A stretch of 64,000 bases of DNA from Phyllobates terribilis (Eukaryota): assembly GCF_046119375.1 (NCBI RefSeq), contig NW_027362771.1, positions 82,026,001 through 82,090,000 of the forward strand, given 5' to 3'. The translations under genes and the position numbers were made by a program. The notes under the pieces were generated by a model. The model made no database searches. It was not told the origin of the DNA and saw nothing but the letters and a program-made list of their open reading frames with translations. Below, piece after piece: positions 26,848-36,934 of the stretch. The number at the start of each line of letters is the position of its first letter. Within the stretch, counting starts at the first letter, position 1.

Positions 26848-27785
26848 AGCCATGTTCACACATGTTGTGTTTTTTTCTGCAGCTAAATCTGCTGCAAATC
26901 TGCTGACAACTTTTATCTGGCAGGAAACCAGCTGCATCAAAACTGCAGTTTTGATGCGTCTTTTATGCGTTTTTGCAAAAATTTTTTCACTGTCCTTCTG
27001 TCTCTATTTAAGCATTGTAAGGTGGCTAATGGTCGTGTAGTCGATGGGAGATATGTGTCACAGAGATGGCTGGTCTCTGTGATGTAACCTGGAGTATTTT
27101 TCTAGTTCATGTAAGCACTAAGAGGATCGTTTGGTGCACCTGGGAGCCGGGTTACGGGTAGTTTGAGAGATGGGCGAGTCCAACAACCCACATACCTCAC
27201 CTCTAGGTGTGGTTACCGGCCTATATAATAGAGGCTGTTGTTTGGCACATGCCTGTGTGTTTGGAGGGAGAAGGCCTTCTGTGTGCCTGAGTGAGCAGAG
27301 ACCTGATAAGGACATTTACTTTGTTTGCTTGATCTAAAGGCTATCCGCTTTTCTGTTTGGCTTCTGGGTTTAAGAAGCAATAAACCGTCATGAACTTTTA
27401 AAGGAACAAGCCTCCTGTTTTCCTCCCGTCACACCCAAGTGAGTAAAACCCCTTCAGCATTTACATAAATTTCCGTGAAAAAAAAAAGAAGGCCATTCTA
27501 TTTTGCCATCAAAAACGCTGCAAAAATGCAGCAAAAAACGCAGGTGCGTTTTTTTGCTGCATTTTTTTCACCATCCATTACTTCCTTTGGATGAAAAAAC
27601 GCTGAAAGAAGTGACATGCTCTGTTTTCCAAAAACGCATGCAAGGCTGAAAATACACAGCAAACAAAAAGCAACACGTGTGAACAGAGAATTCTGGTTTC
27701 TCATAGACTTTGCTGGTACTGCAAGACGCAGCTGAAAATTTGCATAAAAATCTGCTGCAAAATACGCAGCAAAATACAACGTGTG
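26848..27785. mobile_element. Harbinger-like MITE with a damaged right end
   Basis: AGCCATGTTCACAC start; 27500-27785 is the reverse complement of the 4589-type arm. Confidence 0.65.
27016..27465 (+). mobile_element. Possible short solo LTR (~450 bp)
   Basis: TGTAA...TTACA termini, CTATATAA and AATAAA inside; no TSD visible. Confidence 0.4.
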
Positions 27786-27789
27786 TTGT

Positions 27790-29062
27790 TGACGCGCCCC
27801 TGGGCCTGCTGTGTCGCGCGGCATCGCGCGCACGGGGGCTTACCCGGTGCCGGATCAGATGGGGGTAGTAGTCTTGTGGCGGTGACCCGGTCCGTGCCTA
27901 GGGAGTCAAACTGAGCGGCAGTATTTAGCAGTAGATGTTAGAATGTTCGACTACGCCACCCGTGGATTGCGGTCACGGGACCGCCGCTGCACGGCAGTCC
28001 GCCGAGGCCGGTGTTGTTTGTGCAGCTGAGAATGAGATGACTCCCCACGGGAGGAGTATGGCCTCAGGGCAGATCTGTTAGAGATGATGATGGGAGTGAT
28101 GGTGCGGGTGTCCCAGTGCTGAGGGTGCAGGTGTGACGGCAGGAACACAGAGGCGGGAAGTGCAGTTTCAAAAGCTTTACTCACAGTTCTTTATCAGATC
28201 CTTGTGCACAGTAGGACCACCCGAGCCGTGCTGCGTCCACCAGGTCAGGGACTCGGCCAACTCCCAGGCGATTCCAGAGCGTGGTCCAGAGCTCCCCTCT
28301 CTTCCTTCCTACTGGCCGTCCTCACCAGGGACCCACCTATGTCCGGCTTCCTCGGGCCTTATGGGGCAAAACCTCTCTCCGGCTTTCCTGACCCTATGTG
28401 GCGTGCCTTCCTGGTGGATGTGGCGAGGGGTCGTGCCAAAGCTTGACCACGACCTCCGGTTCCTGGCTAAGGATGATTGACCTCCACCAGTTTGGGATCC
28501 GGTACCCTTCTCTGCCAACCCTTCACCCGTTTTAGTTCACTCGTGGGATCTCAGGGTTCCTTCTGCTTGCGTCTCTGGGCCTTTCCTTGTGTTCCTCTTC
28601 TTCCTTCCCTCTCTATGCTTCAGGCCTGGCTCTGGAGCTGGGCCCAGACGGAGCCACAGCTCCCCCTCAGCCCTCTCTGGCTGAGCTCCTTTCTCCACTC
28701 CTCCAGGCTGAACAGACCCTGTCTAAAGATGGTGCCCACCTTATATACTCCCTCTGACACCCGAGCCCAGGTGACTAGCACCCAATGGGCTCCTACCTAT
28801 GCCCAGAGTCCCTCCCCTATCTGCTCCTATACTACTGGGATGTTCCTCCCCCCCCCCCACTCCAGCCAGGGACAGACGCTGTCGTACCTGCACATCTATC
28901 TGGTGGGAGTACCGTTGTTCTGTCCCCCGGAAATGGGGTGAGTGTAGTGTATGCAGCTATCTGAGCTCTGTCCCACACTCCATCCTTACCCGGGAGTGGA
29001 ATACCACACCTCTGGTTTGAGGTGCAATACTCCTGTAGCAGCCGAGTCCTCGGGGTGCTACA
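27790..29062 (-). repeat. 3' LTR (1273 bp)
   Basis: Direct repeat of 31385-32660; preceded on the minus strand by the PPT. Confidence 0.95.
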
Positions 29063-29071
29063 TTCCCCCCT
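29063..29071 (-). promoter_or_regulatory. Polypurine tract
   Basis: AGGGGGGAA directly abutting the TGTAG start of the 3' LTR. Confidence 0.85.
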
Positions 29072-29592
29072 GGTAAACCACAGCATGCCCTCGGGCTGGA
29101 AAAGAGCATAACATTATAAAACATACAAAATTTTTTTTTTTAAAGTACACACTAACATATAAAACATTATAAAAAACATTATCAGAAAATATAACATAAC
29201 AGGTAACTTCTTATATTATAATCTTAGCAGCATAAACTTTCAATATAAAACTCCTTCATATAAAACGTTCTTGTTCTTCCGGCCACGGTGCAACTTGTGA
29301 CCGGGTAAAGTGCAACAGTCACTAATAGAAAAAAAACAGTTCCTTATAAAACCAGTAGGGGGCGCCTGAAGAAGCGCAACTATTTACAGGGTATGGCCGC
29401 TCTCAGTCCTTGGCCAGTGGGAATAGGAGAACGGCTGCTCACAGTCCTCAGCCTGATTGGGGATAGGGGCACACAGGAAACAGTTCCTTTAAACAGTTCC
29501 ACACTAGTCCCAACGGGGACCACACTTCACTTAGCATATCGAATACCCATACGGGTAACTTATTTACAGTACTTTGCTTATGCTACTCCCCT

Positions 29593-30735
29593 TTAGTAGC
29601 GATGTCCTCCCCTTGTCCCCTCCTGAGGGTAGTCTTCAGACCTGTCCGGGTCCTCTTGATCTTCCTCATCCTGTATCTCCTCCTCCGTCAACCGGTGCAC
29701 GTGAAGGGCGTATGGTCCTTTGGCACACTGGTGCCGGGTGAAGGTGACCTCATCACCTGAGTAAAGGTCACGTCCTCGGTGTCCCTCCGGCAGGTGAGAC
29801 TCGACATCCCTGCGGGTGACAAAGACGTCGCCGGGGGTTCGGTGATCCCGGATAAAGCCCCAGCCATTCTCCAGCTGAAACTTTATCACAGTCCCAGTGG
29901 CGTGGGGACCGTGGGCCGTACGGGGGTTTCGTCGGGCCCGGCGTTTCTGCTCCGCGCTTTGGACCTGCAGCCGTTCCTCGCGGATCCGCCTCTCTCGCCG
30001 TTCTCTCCCAAAGACCTCTAACTGCTGACGGCAGCATTCCTCACGCCGGGCTGCGTCCGCCCGGGTCTCCTGGGTGAACCCCATGAGGTTTTCACCGGTG
30101 GGATCCCATGCAAATTGGGCCTCCTCCAGCGGGAGCGGAACAATTTTGGCGGGTGCCGGAGCCGGGATCAGAGGCTCACACAGAGGCCATTCCTTCCGGA
30201 GTCGGGGGTTGACGTACTCCGGTGGCCAAACGAAAGGCAGCCCGTCCGGGCTAGTATGCTGTGCGAACAGATCTTCACCCAGGGGTGGCACGGTGGAGGT
30301 AGAGGGCGCTGTAGGGGCAGCGGCGCCCGGGGGCGCTCGGCCTTGCGACCAGGCCGGGGGCACTTCCTCTTTTGCCGCGCTCAGGGTCCAGGGGCGTGGC
30401 GTAACAGAGGGCGCGACCGCGGCTCCTGCCGCTTGAGGCCTAGTTGGTAGCAGCGGCGGTGCGGCAACGAGCGCGGTGAGTGGAACTTCGGGCTCTGCGA
30501 CGGGGAGCTGGGGCAGGCTTACGGCTACTGGGCTCGGGGTGATGACGTCCCCATTACCTGCTTCCATCCCTGCGGCTCCCTCCGCGGCGTCGTCTCCGGC
30601 CTTCGTCCCTCCTGCACCATCCTCAGGGGCAGACATGCTCCACGATGCGGGTGGCGTCCTCTGCTGGCGGGTTCCAGCCTGCTGGACCATCTCCCTTCTC
30701 CACTCGGCCAGTGCTTCCTGCTGTACCTGGGCCAT
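29593..30735 (-). CDS. 380-aa protein: Pro/Ala-rich region, charged helical segment, cold-shock domain (aa ~279-349), acidic tail
   Basis: GTVIKFQLENGWGFI (RNP1-like), DVFVT (RNP2-like) and LYSGDEVTF...GPYALHV match the CSD/Y-box/Lin28 fold pattern; strong Kozak context (AAGATGG). Confidence 0.85.
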   Translation of the reverse strand: MAQVQQEALAEWRREMVQQAGTRQQRTPPASWSMSAPEDGAGGTKAGDDAAEGAAGMEAGNGDVITPSPVAVSLPQLPVAEPEVPLTALVAAPPLLPTRPQAAGAAVAPSVTPRPWTLSAAKEEVPPAWSQGRAPPGAAAPTAPSTSTVPPLGEDLFAQHTSPDGLPFVWPPEYVNPRLRKEWPLCEPLIPAPAPAKIVPLPLEEAQFAWDPTGENLMGFTQETRADAARREECCRQQLEVFGRERRERRIREERLQVQSAEQKRRARRNPRTAHGPHATGTVIKFQLENGWGFIRDHRTPGDVFVTRRDVESHLPEGHRGRDLYSGDEVTFTRHQCAKGPYALHVHRLTEEEIQDEEDQEDPDRSEDYPQEGTRGGHRY

Positions 30736-31127
30736 CTTCGGGCCAGGGCTTCCAGCGCGGTCTGTGCACGCTCCCGATCTCTGGGGAGCTGTGCCAGGAT
30801 CTCCACCAGGCCTTCTGGGGTGGCAGCCTGCAACAGGTTCCGGACCACAGGGTCAGTGCTGCTCGACTCTTCCTCCATCTCCGGGTGCGATCTGTCCAGA
30901 CTGCTCCAGGCCGCACCCATCTTCTCTGTTTTGTTCTCTATCCGCCCCCCTTGAGGGTGGTCCCGGGGCAACTTGGTGACAGTCAGTTCCAGGGGCAGCC
31001 CCCTCACGCTGATGGACATCTCTATCATTGCAGTCTCTGCTGGTGGGGGCGGTTTCCGCTTTTGGCGCCATTCTTGGACCTGGCCCACGATGGGAGGTGG
31101 CCTCTTGCCACCCTCTGGCACGCCCAT
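30525..31127 (-). CDS. Upstream ORF of the LTR element (200 aa from the first ATG); likely the frameshifted N-terminus of the CSD protein
   Basis: The track ORF at 31358 starts at GTG; the first ATG is at 31127 in good context (ATTATGG); overlaps the CSD ORF by 211 nt. Confidence 0.45.
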   Translation of the reverse strand: MGVPEGGKRPPPIVGQVQEWRQKRKPPPPAETAMIEMSISVRGLPLELTVTKLPRDHPQGGRIENKTEKMGAAWSSLDRSHPEMEEESSSTDPVVRNLLQAATPEGLVEILAQLPRDRERAQTALEALARRWPRYSRKHWPSGEGRWSSRLEPASRGRHPHRGACLPLRMVQEGRRPETTPRREPQGWKQVMGTSSPRAQ

Positions 31128-31360
31128 AATGGAGTCCGCTCTGCCAGGGCGGGAAATCGTCTCAGATGGCGGGAATCGTCTCCTTATGGCGGGAAACTCC
31201 GTGGATGGCGGGAAAAGGCTGCAGATGGCGGGCAAACGGCGGGAAACGACCCGAGATGGCGTCCGATGGCAGGAACCCTCTGGAATTGGCGGGAGACTCC
31301 TTTTTACGGTAAATGTGAACTTTTCTTCAGGCACGCAGTACCCGGTGGTTGCGGGCACGT

Positions 31361-31379
31361 AATCCTGCCGACTACGCCA
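31361..31379 (-). promoter_or_regulatory. Primer-binding site, tRNA-Ser
   Basis: TGGCGTAGTCGGCAGGATT, 5 nt inside the 5' LTR end; identical to 9102-9120. Confidence 0.88.
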
Positions 31380-31384
31380 AAAGT

Positions 31385-32660
31385 TGACGCGCCCCTGGGC
31401 CTGCTGTGTCGCGCGGCATCGCGCGCACGGGGGCTTACCCGGAGCCGGATCAGATGGGGGTAGTAGTCTTGTGGCAGTGACCCGGTCCGTGCCCAGGGAG
31501 TCAAACTGAGCGGCAGTATTTAGCAGTAGATGTTAGAATGTTCGACTATGCCACCCGTGGATTGCGGTCACGGGACCGCCGCTGCACGGCAGTCCGCCGA
31601 GGCCGGTGTTGTTTGTGCAGCTGAGAATGAGATGACTCCCCACGGGAGGAGTATGGCCTCAGGGCAGATCTGTTAGAGATGATGATGGGAGTGATGGTGC
31701 GGGTGTCCCAGTGCTGAGGGTGCAGGTGTGACAGCAGGAACACAGAGGCGGGAAGTGCAGTTTCAAAAGCTTTACTCACAGTTCTTTATCAGATCCTTGT
31801 GCACAGTAGGACCACCCGAGCCGTGCTGCGTCCACCAGGTCAGGGACTCGGCCAACTCCCAGGCGATTCCAGAGCGTGGTCCAGAGCTCCCCTCTCTTCC
31901 TTCCTACTGGCCGTCCTCACCAGGGACCCACCTATGTCCGGCTTCCTCGGGCCTTATGGGGCAAAACCTCTCTCCGGCTTTCCTGACCCTATGTGGCATG
32001 CCTTCCTGGTGGATGTGGCGAGGGGTCGTGCCAAAGCTTGACCACGACCTCCGGTTCCTGGCTAAGGATGATTGACCTCCACCAGTTTGGGATCCGGTAC
32101 CCTTCTCTGCCAACCCTTCACCCATTTTAGTTCACTCGTGGGATCTCAGGGTTCCTTCTGCTTGCGTCTCTGGGCCTTTCCTTGTGTTCCTCTTCTTCCT
32201 TCCCTCTCAATGCTTCAGGCCTGGCTCTGGAGCTGGGCCCAGACGGAGCCACAGCTCCCCCTCAGCCCTCTCTGGCTGAGCTCCTTTCTCCACTCCTCCA
32301 GGCTGAACAGACCCTGTCTAAAGATGGTGCCCACCTTATATACTCCCTCTGACACCCGAGCCCAGGTGACTAGCACCCAATGGGCTCCTACCTATGCCCA
32401 GAGTCCCTCCCCTATCTGCTCCTACACTACTGGGATGTTCCTCCCCCCCCCCCCCCACTCCAGCCAGGGACAGACGCTGTCGTACCTGCACATCTATCTG
32501 GTGGGAGTACCGTTGTTCTGTCCCCCGGAAATGGGGTGAGTGTAGTGCATGCAGCTATCTGAGCTCTGTCCCACACTCCATCCTTACCCGGGAGTGGAAT
32601 ACCACACCTCTGGTTTGAGGTGCAATACTCCTGTAGCAGCCGAGTCCTCGGGGTGCTACA
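31385..32660 (-). repeat. 5' LTR (1276 bp)
   Basis: TATATAA at 32336-32342 and AGTAAA at 31771-31776 on the minus strand; followed by the PBS. Confidence 0.95.
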
Positions 32661-33030
32661 TTGTAAAGGCCTAAAGTTAAAAATGACACATTTCCTTTAT
32701 ATTTAAGGCAAAAAAGAAATATTTTTTCATCTTTTACAATTTAAAAATTACAAAAAGCAAACTGGGCCGATTAAAAAGTTTGGGCATCCTGTATAGTTAG
32801 TACAGGGCAGCACCCCCTTTTGAAAGTATCACAGCTTGTAAACACTTTCTGTAGCCATCCAAGTGTCTTTCAATTCTTATTTGAGGGATTTTCATCCATT
32901 CTTCGTTGGAAAATTCTTCTATTTTTGTGAGATTCCTGGGTCGTCTTGCATGCACTGCTATTTTGAGGTCTAGCCACAGATTTTTAAATGAAGCTCCGAT
33001 CAGGGGACTGTGAGAGCCATTGTAAACCCT

Positions 33031-33668
33031 TCATCTTTTGAGGTAGTTTACTGTGGATTTTGATATGTGTTTAGGATCATTAGCCATTTCAAGAAGCCAT
33101 CCTCTTTTCAACTTCAGCTTTTTTACAGATGGTGTTATGTCTGCATCAAGAATTAGTTGAAATTTCATTGAATCCATTCTTCCCTCTACCCATGAAATGC
33201 TCCCTGTGCCATTGGCTGAAACACAACCCCAAAGCATGATTGATCCACTCCCATGCTTAATTGTTGGCGAGATGTTCTTTTCCTGAAATACTGCGCCCTT
33301 TTTTCTCCACACATACCTTTGATCATTGTGGCCAGAGAGTTCTATTTTAACCTCAGTACTTGTTTCCAAAATGCATCAGACTTGTATAGATGTTCTTTTG
33401 CATACTTCTGATGCTGAATTTTATGGTGAGGACACAGGAGAGGTTTTCTTATGATAACTCTTTCATGAAGGCCATATTTGTGCAGGTGTCTCTGAACAGT
33501 AGAACAATGTACCACAACTCCAGAGTCTGCTAAATCTTTCTGAAGGTCTTTTACAGTAAAGCAGGTGTTCTGATTTGCCTCTCTAACAATGCTGTGAGCA
33601 GATTCACTGAAATTTAGCTTGGTCTTCCAGACCTTATCTTGACCTACACTGTTCTTGTTAACTGCCAT
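33031..33668 (-). pseudogene. Degenerate Tc1 transposase
   Basis: HCSTVQRHLHKYGL, RKPLL, KHGSGSIMLWGC and NDPKH motifs in broken frames. Confidence 0.88.
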
Positions 33669-34099
33669 TTCTTAATTACATTTCAAACTGAGGAAAGGGC
33701 AAATTGAAAACACTTTGCTATCTTGCTATGGCTTTCTCCTGCTTTGTGGGCCTCACTATTTTCATTTTCAGAGTGCTAGGCTGCTGCTTAGAAGAACCCA
33801 TGGCTGCTGTTTTTTGGCACAAGGTTAGAGGAGGCTGGGTTTTTATAAAGCTAGGAAATTTGCATCACTTTGCCTTTCCTAATAATGATAGTGAACAAGC
33901 CATAACCCTAACAAGCTAATATATATATTCATTTATTTATTTATTTTTTGTGCCTAAAATTCAAAGGAAATGTGTCATCTTTAACTTTAGGCCTTTTGGA
34001 GATCATTTCATGTTTAACTTGCTTAACCGTTCACAATAACAGTAATTGTGACCAGGGGTGCCCAAACTTTTACATGCCACTGTATACTGAAGTGTTCTT

Positions 34100-34760
34100 C
34101 AAATGAAGTTTCAGTTACTACAGACTTCCAACTTGTATAGTGTCTGACCATGGTGTACAATTGTTTCCAAGTTCTGGAGGGTGCGCTTCAAGAATTTAAC
34201 GATTCTCTTAAACTCTCCTCTGCTTATCACCCCAAAACTAATGGGTAAACTGAGAGAATCAACCAGTCTATGGAGCACTATCTATTCAGTTTCTGAGTCT
34301 TCTGAAAAATCTCCCTTTGTCACAGTAAATGGTAAAGAGCCTTGTCTCTCTATGCCACTTAGTTCAAAAAGACAACTTTCTGCTGTGAACAGTGTATCTC
34401 AGCACATTCATAACATCTGGACTGACATGCAATCCAATTTAGCAGCAGTTGTAGCTATAGCAAAGAAGAGTGCTGATAAACACCATCAACCTGTTCCCAA
34501 TATCTCTGCATGATGATAAGGTATGAATTTCCACCAAAAATATCCATTTGAAGACTTATTGCAAGAAGCTGGCTCCTAAGTTCAATTCTAGGCTCTTCAG
34601 CAAATCACTCCAGTTATTTTATGAGTTCAATTGCCTTCCTTGTTGAAAATTCCCAATGTTTTTCATATCTTCATGCTATGTACTCTGGTCTTCAACAGAT
34701 TATCTCCTACTGTCAAGGCAGTTTCTTTTTCTGATTGAGACATGGAGTATGACATCAACC
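34100..34760 (+). pseudogene. Gypsy (Ty3) integrase C-terminal relic
   Basis: HPKTNG*TERINQSMEHYL, SPF, HNIWTDMQSNL..AKKSADKH and KLAPKF-like segments. Confidence 0.7.
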
Positions 34761-35304
34761 AAATTCTGGACTGTAAGATGGTTTGTGAGAATCACTTCTA
34801 CTTTATAGACTGAAATACAGTCCTGAAGAGAGATGCTGACACCAAGCCCTAGGTTTAGTTATGAAGAGGTGTCAGCCAGACAACCTCATTACTAAACCTG
34901 TATGTAAAGAGTTAAATAAACACAAACACCGAAAATACACCACTTTAATTGAAATAAAACAGACACATCCTTTAATCATTTAAATTAACCCAATATACTC
35001 ACCCTAAGTTCCGACGGTAATCCAAGGGGTAAAGAAATGTCTCCGGTTTCTTTTTTCAAATATCTTTATTTAGCTCCAAAAAGCATTCATTGCTGTACAA
35101 AAAGGCATAATAAAATGCATGCAAAAACGCCCCAAAAACGCATGTTTTTTGCACAGCGTTTTTGCTGCCAGAAATATCTGCAATCAAATGCTCAACGTGT
35201 GCACATACCCTTAAGTTCAGATTGAACTCTTCCCTTTGTGTTGTATAACAAATCATAAAGAGTATACATATTTTCCAAAGACTTAATTATGTTTAAGTTA
35301 TATA

Positions 35305-36934
35305 CAGTACAGACCAAAAGTTTGGACACACCTTCTCATTTAAAGATTTTTCTGCATTTTCATGACTTTGAAAATTGTACATTCACACTGAAGGCATCAA
35401 AACTATGAATTAACACATGTGGAATTATATACTTAACAAGAAAGTGTGAAACAACTGAAAATATGTTTTATATGCTAGGTTCTTCAAAGTAGCCACCTTT
35501 TGCTTTGATGACTGCTTTGCATACTCTTGGCATTCTCTTGATGAGCTTCAAGAGGTAGTCACCGGAAATGGTCTTCCAACAATCTTGAAGGAGTTCCCAG
35601 AGATGCTTAGCACTTGTTGGCCCTTTTGCCTTCACTCTACGGTCCAGCTCACCCCAAACCATCACGATTGGGTTCAGGTCTGGTGACTGTGGAGGCCAGT
35701 TCATCTGGCGTAGCACCCCATCACTCTCCTTCTTGGTCAAATAGCCCTTACACAGCCTGGAGGTGTGTTTGGGGTCATTGTCCTGTTGAAAAATAAATGA
35801 TGGTCTAACTAAACGCAAACCGGATGGAATAGCATGCCGCTGCAAGATGCTGTGGTAGCCATGCAGGTTCAGTATGCCTTCAATTTTTAATAAATCCCCA
35901 ACAGTGTCACCAGCAAAGCACCCCCACACCATCACACCTCCTCCTCCATGCTTCACGGTGGGAACCAGGCATGTAGAGTCCATCCTTTCACCTTTTCTGC
36001 GTCGCACAAAGACACGGTGGTTGGAACCAAAGATCTCAAATTTGGACTCATCAGACCAAAGCACAGATTTCCACTGGTCTAATGTCCATTTCTTGTGTTC
36101 TTTAGCCCAAACAAGTCTCTTCTGCTTGTTGCCTGTCCTTAGCAATGGTTTCCTAGCAGCTATTTTACCATGAAGGCCTGCTGCACAAAGTCTCCTCTTA
36201 ACAGTTGTTGTAGAGATGTGTCTGCTGCTAGAACTCTGTGTGGCATTGACCTGGTCACTAATCTGAGCTGCTGTTAACCTGCGATTTCTGAGGCTGGTGA
36301 CTCGGATAAACTTATCCTCAGAAGCAGAGGTGACTCTTGGTCTTCCTTTCCTGGGACGGTCCTCATGTGAGCCAGTTTCTTTGTAGCGCTTGATGGTTTT
36401 TGCAAATGGACTTGGGGACACTTTCAAAGTTTTCCCAATTTTTCGCACTGACTGACCTTCATTTCTTAAAGTAATGATGGCCACTCGTTTTTCTTTACTT
36501 AGCTGCTTATTTCTTGCCATAATACAAATTCTAACAGTGTATTCAGTAGGACTATCAGCTGGTTATCCACCAGACTTCTGCACAACACAACTGATGGTCC
36601 CAACCCCATTTATAAGGCAAGAAATCCCACTTATTAAACCTGACAGGGCACACCTGTGAAGTGAAAACCATTTCCGGTGACTACCACTTGAAGCTCATCA
36701 AGAGAATGCCAAGAGTGTGCAAAGCAGTCATCAAAGCAAAAGGTGGCTACTTTGAAAAACCTAGAATATAAGACATATTTTCAGCTGTTTCACACTTTTT
36801 TGTTAAGTATATAATTCCACATGTGTTAATTCATAGTTTTGATGCCTTCAGTGTGAATGTACAATTTTCATAGTCATGAAAATACAGAAAAATCTTTAAA
36901 TGAAAAGTTATGTCCAAACTTTTGGTCTGTACTG
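35305..36934 (-). mobile_element. Tc1/mariner DD38E (Intruder-type) element, copy 1 (1630 bp)
   Basis: TA|CAGTACAGACCAAAAGTTTGG...|TA; 268-bp TIRs; full-length ORF. Confidence 0.95.
35468..36520 (-). CDS. 350-aa DD38E transposase with catalytic Glu replaced by Val (probably inactive)
   Basis: WSDESKF, QQDND, then SPDLNPIVMVW (copy 2 has PIEMVW); GRPR hook present. Confidence 0.9.
   Translation of the reverse strand: MARNKQLSKEKRVAIITLRNEGQSVRKIGKTLKVSPSPFAKTIKRYKETGSHEDRPRKGRPRVTSASEDKFIRVTSLRNRRLTAAQISDQVNATQSSSSRHISTTTVKRRLCAAGLHGKIAARKPLLRTGNKQKRLVWAKEHKKWTLDQWKSVLWSDESKFEIFGSNHRVFVRRRKGERMDSTCLVPTVKHGGGGVMVWGCFAGDTVGDLLKIEGILNLHGYHSILQRHAIPSGLRLVRPSFIFQQDNDPKHTSRLCKGYLTKKESDGVLRQMNWPPQSPDLNPIVMVWGELDRRVKAKGPTSAKHLWELLQDCWKTISGDYLLKLIKRMPRVCKAVIKAKGGYFEEPSI

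Larger units (their letters stand above)
27790..32660 (-). mobile_element. Complete non-autonomous LTR retroelement (4871 bp, probably Gypsy-related) encoding a cold-shock-domain protein
   Basis: LTRs 27790-29062 and 31385-32660, about 99% identical; TG...CA termini; TSD TTGT; PBS; PPT; no RT/RNaseH/IN motifs in the 2.3-kb interior. Confidence 0.95.
26761..34082 (-). mobile_element. Tc1-family element (~1.5 kb of its own sequence) split by MITE and LTR insertions in its left TIR
   Basis: TA|CAGTGGCATGTAAAAGTTTGGGC...GCCCAAACTTTTACATGCCACTG|TA; TIR resumes at 32665 (AAAGGCCTAAAGTTAAA). Confidence 0.9.

Noticed and set aside
27781-27789. LTR insertion as the cause of the missing MITE right end
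   Set aside because: The TTGT TSD is perfect on both sides, so the MITE end was already lost before the LTR element inserted
29593-30735. Processed pseudogene of YBX1 or LIN28
   Set aside because: The CSD is divergent (no KWFN, no Lin28 CCHC knuckles, no Y-box basic/acidic tail), has no poly-A, and sits between PBS and PPT
29593-31127. Calling the internal ORFs gag
   Set aside because: No CCHC knuckle, major homology region or other capsid motif visible; remote homology cannot be excluded without HHpred or structure search
31361-31379. tRNA-Ser gene
   Set aside because: Only the 19-nt 3' complement including CCA is present, next to an LTR; this is a PBS
30645-31463. 272-aa plus-strand ORF and other antisense ORFs in the CSD element
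   Set aside because: GC-rich shadow frames with no recognisable motifs; this one also crosses the PBS and LTR boundary
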